Positions 1-10,069 of a stretch of DNA of 64,000 nucleotides are shown piece after piece; position 1 is the first letter of the stretch, and each line of letters starts with the position of its first letter. The position numbers were made by a program, and so were the translations under genes. The notes under the pieces were generated by a model that saw only the letters and a program-made list of their open reading frames with translations, ran no database searches and had not been told where the DNA came from. The stretch comes from a phage. The DNA is taken from the sequence record PV808484.1. One strand, given 5' to 3'.

Positions 1-707
1 ATACAGGTCATCTTTACATTTACACCTATGATGAACAAACTCAAACTGCTGAATATGTAGATATGGGTAGTTTGAAAGGTGATAAGGGTGAAAAAGGTGA
101 CGCTGGTACTAACGGTACAGACGGTGCAACTTGGATTGTTAAAACAACAGATCCAATCTCTAGTGATGGTAAACAAGGTGATTATGCCTTTAATATCTCC
201 ACTGGCGAGGTGTTCTTAAAAACATCTGCAACTGCCTGGACTTCTCAAGGTACACTGCCTAGCATCACAGATGCACCTAGTGACGGTAAAATTTATGCTC
301 GTAAAGATGGAGCATGGGAAGAACTCACTAGTTCTGTAGATGGTCAAGATATAGTTCCAACAAAAGTAACAGCTAATTTTATAGAGGTTACAGCATACAC
401 CAACAACTCTGTTACAGGTGACTGGACACCTCCAGGAACACATAACATGAATGTGTTGAATCTTACTGGTAACGCTACTATAAAAGCATGGCCTGGTGTC
501 GAAGATAGCACAAAACCTAAACCATTCTCTGCAATAGTTTATCTTATCCAAGATGCCACTGGGGGTCATACTGTTACTTTAGATCCATCTTATAAAGTAA
601 TTGGTTCTAGTGATATTAATACAGATCCTAACGGAGTAACAATACTACAACTAACATATTGTGGTGTTGGCGATTACGTGGATGCTATTGTTGCTAAACG
701 CACATAA
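1..707 (+). CDS. tail fibre protein with collagen-like Gly-X-Y repeats (5' end probably outside window)
   Basis: ORF 63..707 (214 aa); run GDKGEKGDAGTNGTDG; frame stays open upstream to window start (codons from nt 3), so true start may lie upstream. Confidence 0.6.
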   Translation, partial: TGHLYIYTYDEQTQTAEYVDMGSLKGDKGEKGDAGTNGTDGATWIVKTTDPISSDGKQGDYAFNISTGEVFLKTSATAWTSQGTLPSITDAPSDGKIYARKDGAWEELTSSVDGQDIVPTKVTANFIEVTAYTNNSVTGDWTPPGTHNMNVLNLTGNATIKAWPGVEDSTKPKPFSAIVYLIQDATGGHTVTLDPSYKVIGSSDINTDPNGVTILQLTYCGVGDYVDAIVAKRT

Positions 708-711
708 TCAA

Positions 712-735
712 AGCCCCTTCGGGGGCTTATTATTT
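712..735 (+). terminator. rho-independent terminator
   Basis: stem AGCCCC / GGGGCT with TTCG loop followed by TATTATTT, directly after stop at 705-707. Confidence 0.6.
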
Positions 736-746
736 AAGGAGATTAA

Positions 747-3575
747 ATGTATCCTATTCCTTTATTTATGTCAACAACATCAGCTTCAGTAGTAACAGCT
801 ACATCTATAACTACTTCCTCTATTGGTATTGCAATAGTTGGTAGTAAAAAACAACTGACATACACAGTTACACCCGAAGATGGTGCGTTATTTGATATAG
901 CTTTTTCATCTTCAGATGATACCAAAATGGTTATAGATAATAATGGTATGATGGAGTTTGTTGCCGAAGGTGGTTTTGATGCAATAATGACAGCTAAAAA
1001 TAATTTAGGTGCTGTCTTAACTGATCAATCTGGTGGTTATGCTTCAGAATTAAGCGTGTACACTGAAAGTCTATCGGCTATGGATGTAGGCACTACTCAA
1101 CAGTTGGTTGCTACAATCAGCCCAGAAGGTGCTAAAGACCTTCCAGACATGGTAATTACATACACCACAACAGATCCAGAAGTAGCTACTGTAAGCCCTA
1201 CAGGATTAATAACTGCTCTTAAAGATGGCAATTGCCGTATAGGTTGTACTGCAACGTATCAAGGAACAGTTGTGGCCTCTGATAGTTCTTATTTAGGTGT
1301 TAATGCTATTCCTGTTATTTCTAATGTAACAGCCGTGGCAAACAGTTATGGAGACGTTCGTGTTGCTTGGGATGTAACTGATCCGCTAGACGGTGATACT
1401 TATACTGTAGAAGTATTAGATTTAAGTAATAACAGTGTCCAGTGGACTACAACAACCACGAATACTCATGCTTACTTTGATATCTCTGACTCTATTCCTC
1501 TTTATGGGTTTGCTCCAACATACCTTAAAATTAGCGTTAAGAGCACCAAAGCAGCACCCGTTATCTTTAATAACTCAATAGCTACAGATGATTCGTTCAT
1601 TAAAGAAGTTGTTGTCTTTGCTGGACAAGATAACGTAAATGCACACTTTACAGAATTATCTGGTGCAAATAAAGCAGCAATGAGTAGCACAACAGCCCGT
1701 AATGCATATGCTACGCAACGTGGTTTAGCAAATGCTGAAGTTCTTCCGTTAAATACAGCTTCTGGATCATCAGCAGCAGATAAATATGCTGACGATAAAG
1801 CTGGAACAGGTACACCAGACAACTACTGGTATGATCTGGATAACACAGCAGATGGGCCATGCTTAACTAACTTTATCACTAAAGTCACACCTTATGCAAG
1901 TAAGGTTAAAGCCATTATTTGGGGACAAGGTGAAAATGATGCTGTATCAGCATCTTCAACTGTTGCAGGTAGATACAGTAACACTACACGTTACCATGAT
2001 GCTACGATAGCTATCTTTGATAAGATGCGTACAATAGTTCCTGCTTCTCAAGCAAAAATTGTTTGGCAGATCCTAGGACGTTCTTATTTATATGGTGTAG
2101 AAGTTAATGGTGTGGATTGGCAGAAGTACAGAAATGTACAAAGAACCATCTCTACAGCACGTGATGATGTTATCATTGGTTCTTGGGTAGATGGTGCTGA
2201 ACGTTACAGTGGTTATGTTTATGAAGAAGGTATTGATGGTCGTATCCATTATATTTCTTCTGTATACCAAACAGCAGCTACAAAACTTGCTAAATCAGCA
2301 GCAGACGGTACAGACTTAACATCAACGTCACCTGTTTGGGTTGATATGGCTGTTCCAACTGGAGCAACAGCTACTTCCCAACCTAATCAAGATACAATTT
2401 TAGCATGGGATGCTCAAGGCTATAGTAAACACTACTTCCGTAATATTAACGTCTTAACCGCATCTGTATTAACTGAACAAACGCTTAATACGAACAGTTA
2501 TACGTTTACCTATGCAGATCAAGTAGAACAATATGGTTTTGCAGCAGGAACTACTATATTTGATGTTGCATATTATGATGAAGCAAATGATGTGTTATCT
2601 CCTTTAGTACGTTTTAATGTTAACGTTACAGCAGGAACCGTAGAAGATAAACCTGTCGTGATGGATTATGATTTGACGCAAGAAACTCTCCCATCAGATG
2701 TTAAGGTTAATGGTGGGAACTCTTTTGCTCGTGCCTCTGGAGATATACTTGTAGCCACTAAGGCACCTGCTGGTATAGCTCCGTTGGAGTATGTTGGTAC
2801 TACCCCTGTAGGTAGACGTGTTGTAACAGCAAACAGTACACAAATTTTTGTCAACAACGCCTTAACAAGTGCAAGCCCGTGGGTAAAGACCAACTTAACT
2901 GTTGCAGCTTCATCGATCAACTCTCCGGCTGGAACTACAGCTAACACTTACAAGTTAACACCTTCTACAAATCCAGGACAACATATTTTATCAGCGGTGA
3001 ATACAGCTTCTGATATTACAGCAGGTAAACAATGGGCTGCATCTGTATTCTTGAAGCCAGATGGGATCACTAAAGTCAAGCTCAAATTGACTTCAGGAGA
3101 TGAGGTTAACGAAGGGACTTATGATCTTGAAGCTGGAACATTTACAGGCACAGATGCAAATATGATCGACATGGGGAATGGTTGGTATCGTGTAATCTTA
3201 CATAAAGTAACGATTGCTAAACAAGCCTCTATGACTTATGAGATTATAGCTTTGAATGCCAGTGGATCAGACACTTTTGCAGGAGATGGCACTGGAGGTC
3301 TTATTGCTTGGGTTCCACAACTTGAAATGGGTGATATGACAAACCCAGTTTGGGCGGGGACACCATTTGTTTGTACTTATGCACGAGACACAGATAGTGC
3401 TGCCACCTTCACTATTCCTAAGAACGGACACACTGGCGTGGATATTTACCACACAGATGGAACTGTGCAAAGAGAGATTTTCACTGGCACAGCTACTACT
3501 TGGATGTTGTCATTCAACGCCGCAAGTGCGGATTGGGGATCGAAATTCATTTCTGGTTTGAAATATTACGACTAA
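747..3575 (+). CDS. large tail fibre / receptor-binding protein with Ig-like (Big_2-type) region and possible SGNH/sialate-O-acetylesterase-like region
   Basis: 942-aa ORF, AAGGAG 7 nt upstream; Big_2-like segment (VGTTQQLVATISPEG...ATVSPTGLITALKDGNCRI); WGQGENDA resembles QGESN esterase motif (inference). Confidence 0.6.
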   Translation: MYPIPLFMSTTSASVVTATSITTSSIGIAIVGSKKQLTYTVTPEDGALFDIAFSSSDDTKMVIDNNGMMEFVAEGGFDAIMTAKNNLGAVLTDQSGGYASELSVYTESLSAMDVGTTQQLVATISPEGAKDLPDMVITYTTTDPEVATVSPTGLITALKDGNCRIGCTATYQGTVVASDSSYLGVNAIPVISNVTAVANSYGDVRVAWDVTDPLDGDTYTVEVLDLSNNSVQWTTTTTNTHAYFDISDSIPLYGFAPTYLKISVKSTKAAPVIFNNSIATDDSFIKEVVVFAGQDNVNAHFTELSGANKAAMSSTTARNAYATQRGLANAEVLPLNTASGSSAADKYADDKAGTGTPDNYWYDLDNTADGPCLTNFITKVTPYASKVKAIIWGQGENDAVSASSTVAGRYSNTTRYHDATIAIFDKMRTIVPASQAKIVWQILGRSYLYGVEVNGVDWQKYRNVQRTISTARDDVIIGSWVDGAERYSGYVYEEGIDGRIHYISSVYQTAATKLAKSAADGTDLTSTSPVWVDMAVPTGATATSQPNQDTILAWDAQGYSKHYFRNINVLTASVLTEQTLNTNSYTFTYADQVEQYGFAAGTTIFDVAYYDEANDVLSPLVRFNVNVTAGTVEDKPVVMDYDLTQETLPSDVKVNGGNSFARASGDILVATKAPAGIAPLEYVGTTPVGRRVVTANSTQIFVNNALTSASPWVKTNLTVAASSINSPAGTTANTYKLTPSTNPGQHILSAVNTASDITAGKQWAASVFLKPDGITKVKLKLTSGDEVNEGTYDLEAGTFTGTDANMIDMGNGWYRVILHKVTIAKQASMTYEIIALNASGSDTFAGDGTGGLIAWVPQLEMGDMTNPVWAGTPFVCTYARDTDSAATFTIPKNGHTGVDIYHTDGTVQREIFTGTATTWMLSFNAASADWGSKFISGLKYYD

Positions 3576-3580
3576 TAAAA

Positions 3581-3608
3581 AAGGAGCCATTAGGCTCCTT
3601 TTCTTTTA
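3581..3608. terminator. bidirectional terminator between convergent genes
   Basis: AGGAGCC-ATTA-GGCTCCT hairpin flanked by A-run upstream and T-run downstream. Confidence 0.6.
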
Positions 3609-3610
3609 TC

Positions 3611-4042
3611 TTAGTCAGTGAAAATTACGCTTACATCCTCTTTAGAAAAGAGTTTATGATCTTCACCTTTTGTTTCAAGAGTTTCATACAGGTTAAGAAG
3701 TTCTGAAACATCTTTCTCTACCAGTTTCTTCAATGTTGCAATTTTCTGTTTGCGACTCTTAATACGTTCAGCTACAACCTTACGCTGGTATCCGGCAGTA
3801 CGATAACCTGAGAAAGTTACACCAGTGAGACTTGCAGTTACAGGATCGTAGTGACGTTCAATCTGAAATTTATTAAAAGGTACAGCGTCATCACGAATAA
3901 TCTTACCTCCATTACTTACTTGACGAAGACCAGTAACTTGTTCCAGTCGTGCCATAGAAATCTTTGGAGACAGACCAGAGTCCAGGTTCATACCATTGTT
4001 AATCAGTGCTTTCAGGGTGATTTTGCTGTTCAGTGTACTCAT
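3611..4042 (-). CDS. hypothetical protein
   Basis: 143-aa ORF; GGAGG 8 nt upstream of ATG at 4042; 5' end overlaps 3' end of the methyltransferase gene. Confidence 0.5.
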   Translation of the reverse strand: MSTLNSKITLKALINNGMNLDSGLSPKISMARLEQVTGLRQVSNGGKIIRDDAVPFNKFQIERHYDPVTASLTGVTFSGYRTAGYQRKVVAERIKSRKQKIATLKKLVEKDVSELLNLYETLETKGEDHKLFSKEDVSVIFTD

Positions 4043-4730
4043 TTAGTCGTTCCTCCGCTTGCTTAAAAATATTTACATCGGCTTCACAGCCTAAGTATTC
4101 TCTACCTGTTAAAAGTGCCGCAACTTGTGTTGTTGCACTTCCAGAGAAGAAGTCTAAGACTACATCTCCTTCGTTGGTGTGTATATTAATAAGGTCACAA
4201 AACAAAGTCAAGTGTTTTTGTGTTGGATGAAAACGATCTGCTCCTTGATAGATAGGATACTCAAACACACCCTTATGGTAGGAAGCATTGAAGGTTGGCT
4301 TCGAACCTTTAACACAAACAATAGCCATCTCTTTAGCGTTACTAAGGTAGTTAACACCACTGTTGATGGGTACAGGGTTTGTTTTAATCCATTCGATAGT
4401 ACGGAACATACGAAAACCAAGCGGTTCAAGGATTTCACGTAGCTCCTGGATCTTCCAGATATCATACCAAACTATGCAAGTACCACCTTTTCTAAGCACC
4501 CTGTAGGCTTCTTTGAATACTTCTTTAAAGTAAGGAATATCTACAACATCCCAATCACCGAAGTTGTAAGATACACGGAATCTATCCGTATCTTTTCCAG
4601 TCGGCTCTCCAGATTGAAAATTTGTGTCACGAGAAATAGCATATGGTGGGTCAGTAAGAATCAAATCTACACTATTGCTTTCGAGGGTTTGCAGGTAGTT
4701 TAATGCGGTGTTGTTTACAAATTCGCTCAT
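3999..4730 (-). CDS. DNA methyltransferase, beta-class (N6-adenine or N4-cytosine)
   Basis: 243 aa; DPPY catalytic motif near N-terminus (LILTDPPYAI) and SAM-binding FFSGSATT near C-terminus. Confidence 0.75.
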   Translation of the reverse strand: MSEFVNNTALNYLQTLESNSVDLILTDPPYAISRDTNFQSGEPTGKDTDRFRVSYNFGDWDVVDIPYFKEVFKEAYRVLRKGGTCIVWYDIWKIQELREILEPLGFRMFRTIEWIKTNPVPINSGVNYLSNAKEMAIVCVKGSKPTFNASYHKGVFEYPIYQGADRFHPTQKHLTLFCDLINIHTNEGDVVLDFFSGSATTQVAALLTGREYLGCEADVNIFKQAEERLNEYTEQQNHPESTD

Positions 4731-4740
4731 TATATCTCCT

Positions 4741-4768
4741 TCAAAGAAAAGGAGCCGTTAGGCTCCTT
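4741..4768 (-). terminator. rho-independent terminator
   Basis: AAGGAGCC-GTTA-GGCTCCTT hairpin; U-rich tract on minus-strand transcript. Confidence 0.5.
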
Positions 4769-4790
4769 ATATTCACACAATACTTAACTA

Positions 4791-5738
4791 TTAGAAACAG
4801 TGCAGGAAGTTTCGACCATACTGCAAACCAATAGGAGCAAATGGGATATCATCATCGAAATCTTGAACAACAGGTTCTGGTTCCTTCGGTGCTGGCTCTT
4901 TCTTCTCTACTTTTTTAGTTTCTTTCTTAACTTCTTGTACTGGGGTAGACATTCCACGGATAGCAGCAGCTACTTTATCAGACAAAGCAAGAACTTCACG
5001 AGCAGCTTCAATAATCTCTTCTGCCGTTACAGTTTTACCTGTATGATCACGACAAGCGTTAAGAATTGCGTGTCCAACTGAAGCACCAAGATCATAGTCA
5101 GTCACATCAACGCCACGATCTTTAGCAATTTCTGCTTTCAGAGTAACAGTTGCAGATTGTACCACACCAGCCAAGTCGAAAGCATCACCTTTCACACCAG
5201 CACGTAGAAGCTCCAGAGCGCCATTTACAGCGTGTCCTGTTTCAATCCCTACGGTATCACGTTTTTTGTAGTTAGGCTTGCTACCTTCGTTATTAGATGG
5301 CTTATTTCCACCTTTTGAAGAAGATTGTGCTTGCTGAACACCTTCTGTTGAAAGAACAGTGATTTTACCTTTAGAGGAGTTGTAGTATGTTTTGCCATTC
5401 CATTCGGAAGGTTTAACATCCATAGTTACTTCTACACCTTTTTCGATAGTAATCCACTTATCACCATCTTTAACTTGCAGGTTTTCATGTTCTGGGTGCA
5501 GTTTAACTTCACCTAGGCTAACCCAAACACCTTTATCATCAGCACCAGCACCTTTCTCTTTAATAAGCAGAGATGCTTTGTGAGTTGATTCAATTTTCTT
5601 ATCTGGCTGACCTGCAACCTTAATATAAGAGACTTTCATTTCATCAAACTTATCTAGTTTGACATATTCAACGATACCTTCAGCCCAGAATGCTTCTTTT
5701 TTAGTACGACGGTCGATTTCAGAATTAATTACTGGCAT
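4791..5738 (-). CDS. putative single-stranded DNA-binding protein (SSB-like acidic motif)
   Basis: 315 aa; Gly/Ser-rich linker; DFDDDIPF near C-terminus but followed by 15 extra residues. Confidence 0.45.
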   Translation of the reverse strand: MPVINSEIDRRTKKEAFWAEGIVEYVKLDKFDEMKVSYIKVAGQPDKKIESTHKASLLIKEKGAGADDKGVWVSLGEVKLHPEHENLQVKDGDKWITIEKGVEVTMDVKPSEWNGKTYYNSSKGKITVLSTEGVQQAQSSSKGGNKPSNNEGSKPNYKKRDTVGIETGHAVNGALELLRAGVKGDAFDLAGVVQSATVTLKAEIAKDRGVDVTDYDLGASVGHAILNACRDHTGKTVTAEEIIEAAREVLALSDKVAAAIRGMSTPVQEVKKETKKVEKKEPAPKEPEPVVQDFDDDIPFAPIGLQYGRNFLHCF

Positions 5739-5754
5739 AAATTCTCCTCTATAA

Positions 5755-6153
5755 TTACATTACTTTAACACAAAACTCTCGTAAAAGAGTAGCGTCAGTT
5801 TCTTCCAACAGGTATTTACCAAGACCAATACCAAATCCTATTTCACCACTTTCAAAATGGAGGATTTGTATCTTTTCTCCACCAAGGTTAATTACTTTTG
5901 CTTTTCCAGGATTATCCAAAACATCTCGTATTGTATCCTGTAGTAACATAAGTTCACGTTTTGTGATAGTGGTTTCAGATATCTCTTTGTTTTCTACTCT
6001 CACTGTTAAACGGTTGTATCCACCAAAGAGACATAGTATTTGAATAAAAAAGGTATTATCTTGAGGTTCAACATCTTTTTTAGTTAGCTCAAGACGATTA
6101 GTTTCTCTACTGTAGAACGTCTCGACTAAGATTTTAGAACGATTATCTGTCAT
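5755..6153 (-). CDS. hypothetical protein
   Basis: 132-aa ORF in co-directional block. Confidence 0.5.
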   Translation of the reverse strand: MTDNRSKILVETFYSRETNRLELTKKDVEPQDNTFFIQILCLFGGYNRLTVRVENKEISETTITKRELMLLQDTIRDVLDNPGKAKVINLGGEKIQILHFESGEIGFGIGLGKYLLEETDATLLREFCVKVM

Positions 6154-6196
6154 TCAAGTCCTCATAATAACACACAATTATAATGTTTGTCAACAC

Positions 6197-6811
6197 TTAA
6201 ATTTTAAATTCTTCACTGTTAAATGAATCCAGTGTACGTACTTCTGGTTCTTTGGGAATGAAAACGTCTTTTACAAAGCGGAACATGGGGAAACGTTCTG
6301 CCATTTTACGGACGTGTGCTTCTTTACCTGTGTATCGGTGATTAATAGTACAAATATTAGTTTTCAGTGCAAATTCAAAATCTGGATGATATACATAATT
6401 TTGACCATCCCAGTAACACAAGCAAATAGCTACATCAAAGTTCCATACGATTTCACTGCGTACACCTTCTTCCATGATCATAAAGTTAAACTTAAGATCT
6501 TTATAGTATGCTTCAAATACCCATTTCAAATGTGGTAGTTCGGCATAAGTGTGTTCTGTTTGCTTAGTAAGTTGTTTAACATTACGTGCACCAACACCCA
6601 ACATCAAAAATTTCTCTACTAATACGAGTGTATTGTGGTTAGGCATACGCAAGTAAATGTCAATATCTTGTGCAGGTTTCTCTAATCGCCAATCACGTAC
6701 AGCGCCGCCAGCGACAATTGCAAACGGATCTACCAGTTGGCACATACGTAATACTTCTAAAGCTCGTACTTTTTGATCTTCAATATTCATATTTTCTCCT
6801 ATCGTTTCCAC
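6197..6811 (-). CDS. minimal nucleotidyltransferase (Pol-beta superfamily, CCA-adding/poly(A) polymerase head-like)
   Basis: 204 aa; GGAVRD...DID motif (VAGGAVRDWRLEKPAQDIDIYL). Confidence 0.55.
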   Translation of the reverse strand: METIGENMNIEDQKVRALEVLRMCQLVDPFAIVAGGAVRDWRLEKPAQDIDIYLRMPNHNTLVLVEKFLMLGVGARNVKQLTKQTEHTYAELPHLKWVFEAYYKDLKFNFMIMEEGVRSEIVWNFDVAICLCYWDGQNYVYHPDFEFALKTNICTINHRYTGKEAHVRKMAERFPMFRFVKDVFIPKEPEVRTLDSFNSEEFKI

Positions 6812-7395
6812 TCTTTGTGTTGTTCTACATGCTCAAGCATTTCATTATATAGTGCTTTAAGATGTGGAACAACTCTTTCATCTTCAGTTTCAAAGAATTT
6901 TGTAAGCTGTTCTGCCTTAGCTTTCAACCAGCAAAGATGCGCTTCAATTTCAGTATTAAAACGTCCCAGCGTTATAACACGTCCATCACGTTGAATATGG
7001 GCTTTATACTTTTTACGATCTTTTTCGTAACTACAGCCTACCATAGTTCCATGAGATCTTTTACTTACTCTATAAGCTAAGAACTTGTTAAGATCTCCTG
7101 TTACTAAAAGACAGGTATCGGGAGAGTAAACCCTCCCTCCTATAATATCTTTATCAAGTTCTAAGTTTTCCCAGTTATCCCAAGTTTGTAACCAGGAGTA
7201 GAAATTGGAGAACAACTTCCATTCTTCGCAAACCGTCACCCCATTATAACAAGGATCACGTTCTTGTTGACAAGGGGAGTAACACCTCCCCAACATAGCC
7301 ATCCATTTCATATAATGAGGTGTTAGTTTCCTACTGCCAGGTAGTGTACTCTCACCTTCCAAATCATTAATACCTTCACCATATACTGTAAACAT
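6799..7395 (-). CDS. AP2-domain putative homing endonuclease
   Basis: 198 aa; AAGGAG upstream; AP2-like segment VGCSYEKDRKKYKAHIQRDGRVITLGRFNTEIEAHLCW. Confidence 0.5.
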   Translation of the reverse strand: MFTVYGEGINDLEGESTLPGSRKLTPHYMKWMAMLGRCYSPCQQERDPCYNGVTVCEEWKLFSNFYSWLQTWDNWENLELDKDIIGGRVYSPDTCLLVTGDLNKFLAYRVSKRSHGTMVGCSYEKDRKKYKAHIQRDGRVITLGRFNTEIEAHLCWLKAKAEQLTKFFETEDERVVPHLKALYNEMLEHVEQHKEWKR

Positions 7396-7422
7396 AAAAA
7401 CTCCTTTAAAATCAAAGAGTTG

Positions 7423-10002
7423 TCAATGACAACTAGCCCATGAGTTACCAACATCGTAACCAGCAGTGAGAGGTACATTAAGATTGTAATACTCACCAGC
7501 TTTATTAACAGCGATAGATGCTAATTCTCCAGCACGACTGTAGGCTGTAAACCAACCACCTTTTGGAGACTCATGTACGTTAGCCCAAATCTTGCCAGTA
7601 CGTTTCTCTTCCTCTTCTTTCCAGGCATTAACTTTATCCAAACATTCTTTATCAATTTTCTTTTGTTCATCTGGATCATCAACTTGAGTCCAACCTAAAG
7701 ATTCTTTAGAGAACCATTTAAAATGCACCAAATCACGAGTTACTTCAAGCTGTGCTTCATCGTGATATGCAATCATTTGTTGAACGAATGACTTATTTTT
7801 CCAGTCATCAACAAAAAAGTCAACAGCTAATCCTTCTTCTTCGATAAGATCGTCGTAGATAACCATTGCTCTTTTTGCACAAATAACACCACCACTCTGG
7901 AACAGAGAGTTAAGAATTGCGTGTGCAGATCGTGTAGGTACTTTTCTACCATCAATACCGAGAATGTATTTCTTACCTGTTTTAACCCAAAAATCATGCA
8001 GACGTTCTTTAAGAAGCGCAAGAGGTTTTGCAGCTTCCCAGAAAGCATCGTATACAAGCTGTCCTGTATACATATCACTACCTATAGTTTTTGCTACTTT
8101 TGCAGCTTGAGCACCATAAGTAATACCATACTTAACAGATTTAGCAGGGCTTCGTTCAAACTTACGACCAATAGTGTCAGAAATACGTCGAGCCATCATT
8201 GTATGAACATCATTGGGTTTTTCCAATAATAGAGCATTACAATATTCGTGTGGTTCCTGCTCGTACCGCCAACAGTAGTGTGATTCTATTTTTGCCTCAA
8301 GAGAATCAAAGTCATAACCAATTTGGAAGTATTTTGGAACTTCTACACCAAATAAGTTACGCATTTCATATCCGTATAGAGATGTTACACGTGGAATATT
8401 TGCTACTAACCTATGTTTCATACGAGATGTAGCTGCATCACACGTTGCAGCAGGAGTTGGTATACGACCATCAGCCCTTACTGCTGCCAGATAACCTTTA
8501 TCGTAATCCTCTTCATCTTCTTCCCAATCAGCACCACCCCCTAGAATAGAGTTCCTACGGTGTTTATACGTAAGATACTGCACAATCTGCGTAGCATAAG
8601 GAAACTTTTCACCTAGTGCTTCCAAGTTAGGACAAATATCTTTCTCTTGCCCTTTTGTAAAGGAAGGGTTAGTAAGCACTTTAACACCACGACCTTTAGC
8701 TTTAGCAATACGATCTCTTAGTTTCCATTCCAAAGTTTCTGGTGTGCACTCCAGATGATCACATCTGTCCTGGCAGAAGTTAGATGCTAACGTTTGATCA
8801 ACATAGTCACGAATAGCTTTCTCCATCTGTGCTTCATCTTTCTTAATCTTAGTGCCAGATTTAAGAGTGATATCTTTATCTTTATATTCAGATGGACTCC
8901 AACCTAAACCAACTAACCAGTTTTTAATATGTGTAGTGTCGTCTAAAGTAGCAGGTACTGTAGGATCACAAATAGGTTCTTCTGCTGGAATAGGGAGTTT
9001 AAACTCTTTACCTAATGCAAATAACCACCAACCATCTTCTTTTTGTACAAGTTCACCAGAATGTTTCTCTGCAAACTTTATCATGTTACTTGAAGGTTCA
9101 CCATTCTTTTTAAACTGTAGTTTAGGTGGAATGAATGATTTCAAATAACCTTTAGTAGCAGGTTTAGGAGGTAGCACAGGTTCTGCCTCTAAACGACATG
9201 CTTCCATTCGAGCATCCAGATCACGAATATTATCTTCTGCTTGCTTCATGTTGAAAGCAAAGCCACGGTGCTCTTGACGTGTAATAATATCAGCTACACG
9301 TTGTTCTAAATTAAATGGTTCAGACCACTTATTATAATCACCCCACTCTTCCATTAAATAACGGAACACTGCGGTGTTAGCTTTGTTATCGTAAATACAG
9401 TAATACAGCATATCTGCTGCAAATGTTCTAAACCTTTCGGATTCAGGAATGTTTTTTCTGAAATCAATTTTAACATCCCCTCCAGCTTTCTTAGATAACT
9501 CTGCCAGACTATGACCACCGAAGCGATCAGGGTTTAGTGTCTTACTTAAGATCATAGTATCACAAATTTCAATGTTACTATTACCCCAAGTATTGTACTT
9601 AACACTGTAGTTGAGTTTAAAAAATAATTTAATTGCCAGTAAGTCGAAGTTAATGATGTTGTGTCCAACTACTTTGGTAATTTTATAGTTTGAATTACCT
9701 TTAAATTTACCTGTTCCATTTACAAAATCAGGAAAATCTTTAAGAGGGAAATGGGTATATTCTAAATGCTCATATTCCTCCAGTCGGTATTCATACTTTC
9801 CGTCAGTCTCAACATACGGACGACCATCGAAAAGATATTTATCACCATCATGGAAAGCAATAATCTCTCCAGTATCATGACTTTCGCACACAATACAGTG
9901 CATTGCAAAACTATCTTTTAAACGATATGGACTTGCCAAGTAATCTACACTTTCGTCATTAAGCAAGTTGTTACTTTCAATGTCGAAAGTAAAAGCTCCC
10001 AT
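7423..10002 (-). CDS. DNA polymerase, family A, with 3'-5' exonuclease domain
   Basis: 859 aa; N-terminal exo motif (FTFDIESNNL); Pol A motif B-like KSVKYGITYGAQAAK; strong RBS AAGGAGGG. Confidence 0.85.
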   Translation of the reverse strand: MGAFTFDIESNNLLNDESVDYLASPYRLKDSFAMHCIVCESHDTGEIIAFHDGDKYLFDGRPYVETDGKYEYRLEEYEHLEYTHFPLKDFPDFVNGTGKFKGNSNYKITKVVGHNIINFDLLAIKLFFKLNYSVKYNTWGNSNIEICDTMILSKTLNPDRFGGHSLAELSKKAGGDVKIDFRKNIPESERFRTFAADMLYYCIYDNKANTAVFRYLMEEWGDYNKWSEPFNLEQRVADIITRQEHRGFAFNMKQAEDNIRDLDARMEACRLEAEPVLPPKPATKGYLKSFIPPKLQFKKNGEPSSNMIKFAEKHSGELVQKEDGWWLFALGKEFKLPIPAEEPICDPTVPATLDDTTHIKNWLVGLGWSPSEYKDKDITLKSGTKIKKDEAQMEKAIRDYVDQTLASNFCQDRCDHLECTPETLEWKLRDRIAKAKGRGVKVLTNPSFTKGQEKDICPNLEALGEKFPYATQIVQYLTYKHRRNSILGGGADWEEDEEDYDKGYLAAVRADGRIPTPAATCDAATSRMKHRLVANIPRVTSLYGYEMRNLFGVEVPKYFQIGYDFDSLEAKIESHYCWRYEQEPHEYCNALLLEKPNDVHTMMARRISDTIGRKFERSPAKSVKYGITYGAQAAKVAKTIGSDMYTGQLVYDAFWEAAKPLALLKERLHDFWVKTGKKYILGIDGRKVPTRSAHAILNSLFQSGGVICAKRAMVIYDDLIEEEGLAVDFFVDDWKNKSFVQQMIAYHDEAQLEVTRDLVHFKWFSKESLGWTQVDDPDEQKKIDKECLDKVNAWKEEEEKRTGKIWANVHESPKGGWFTAYSRAGELASIAVNKAGEYYNLNVPLTAGYDVGNSWASCH

Positions 10003-10069
10003 TCTCCCTCCTTAAAATATTTCTAAAGTCTTAATTTGTTAATACTGTACCACAAATTAATTGTTTTGT

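Noticed and set aside
216-569. Minus-strand 117-aa ORF inside the first tail-fibre gene
   Set aside because: Fully embedded antisense in a well-supported plus-strand gene; Cys-rich low-complexity translation; no RBS.
1502-3561. Several short ORFs on both strands nested within the 942-aa tail-fibre gene (1502..1822, 2088..2270, 2666..2947, 3267..3470, 3367..3561)
   Set aside because: All lie inside the long, motif-supported 747..3575 ORF; typical spurious shadow ORFs.
7827-9148. Plus- and minus-strand short ORFs within the DNA polymerase gene
   Set aside because: Nested in the 859-aa polymerase ORF; no independent signals.
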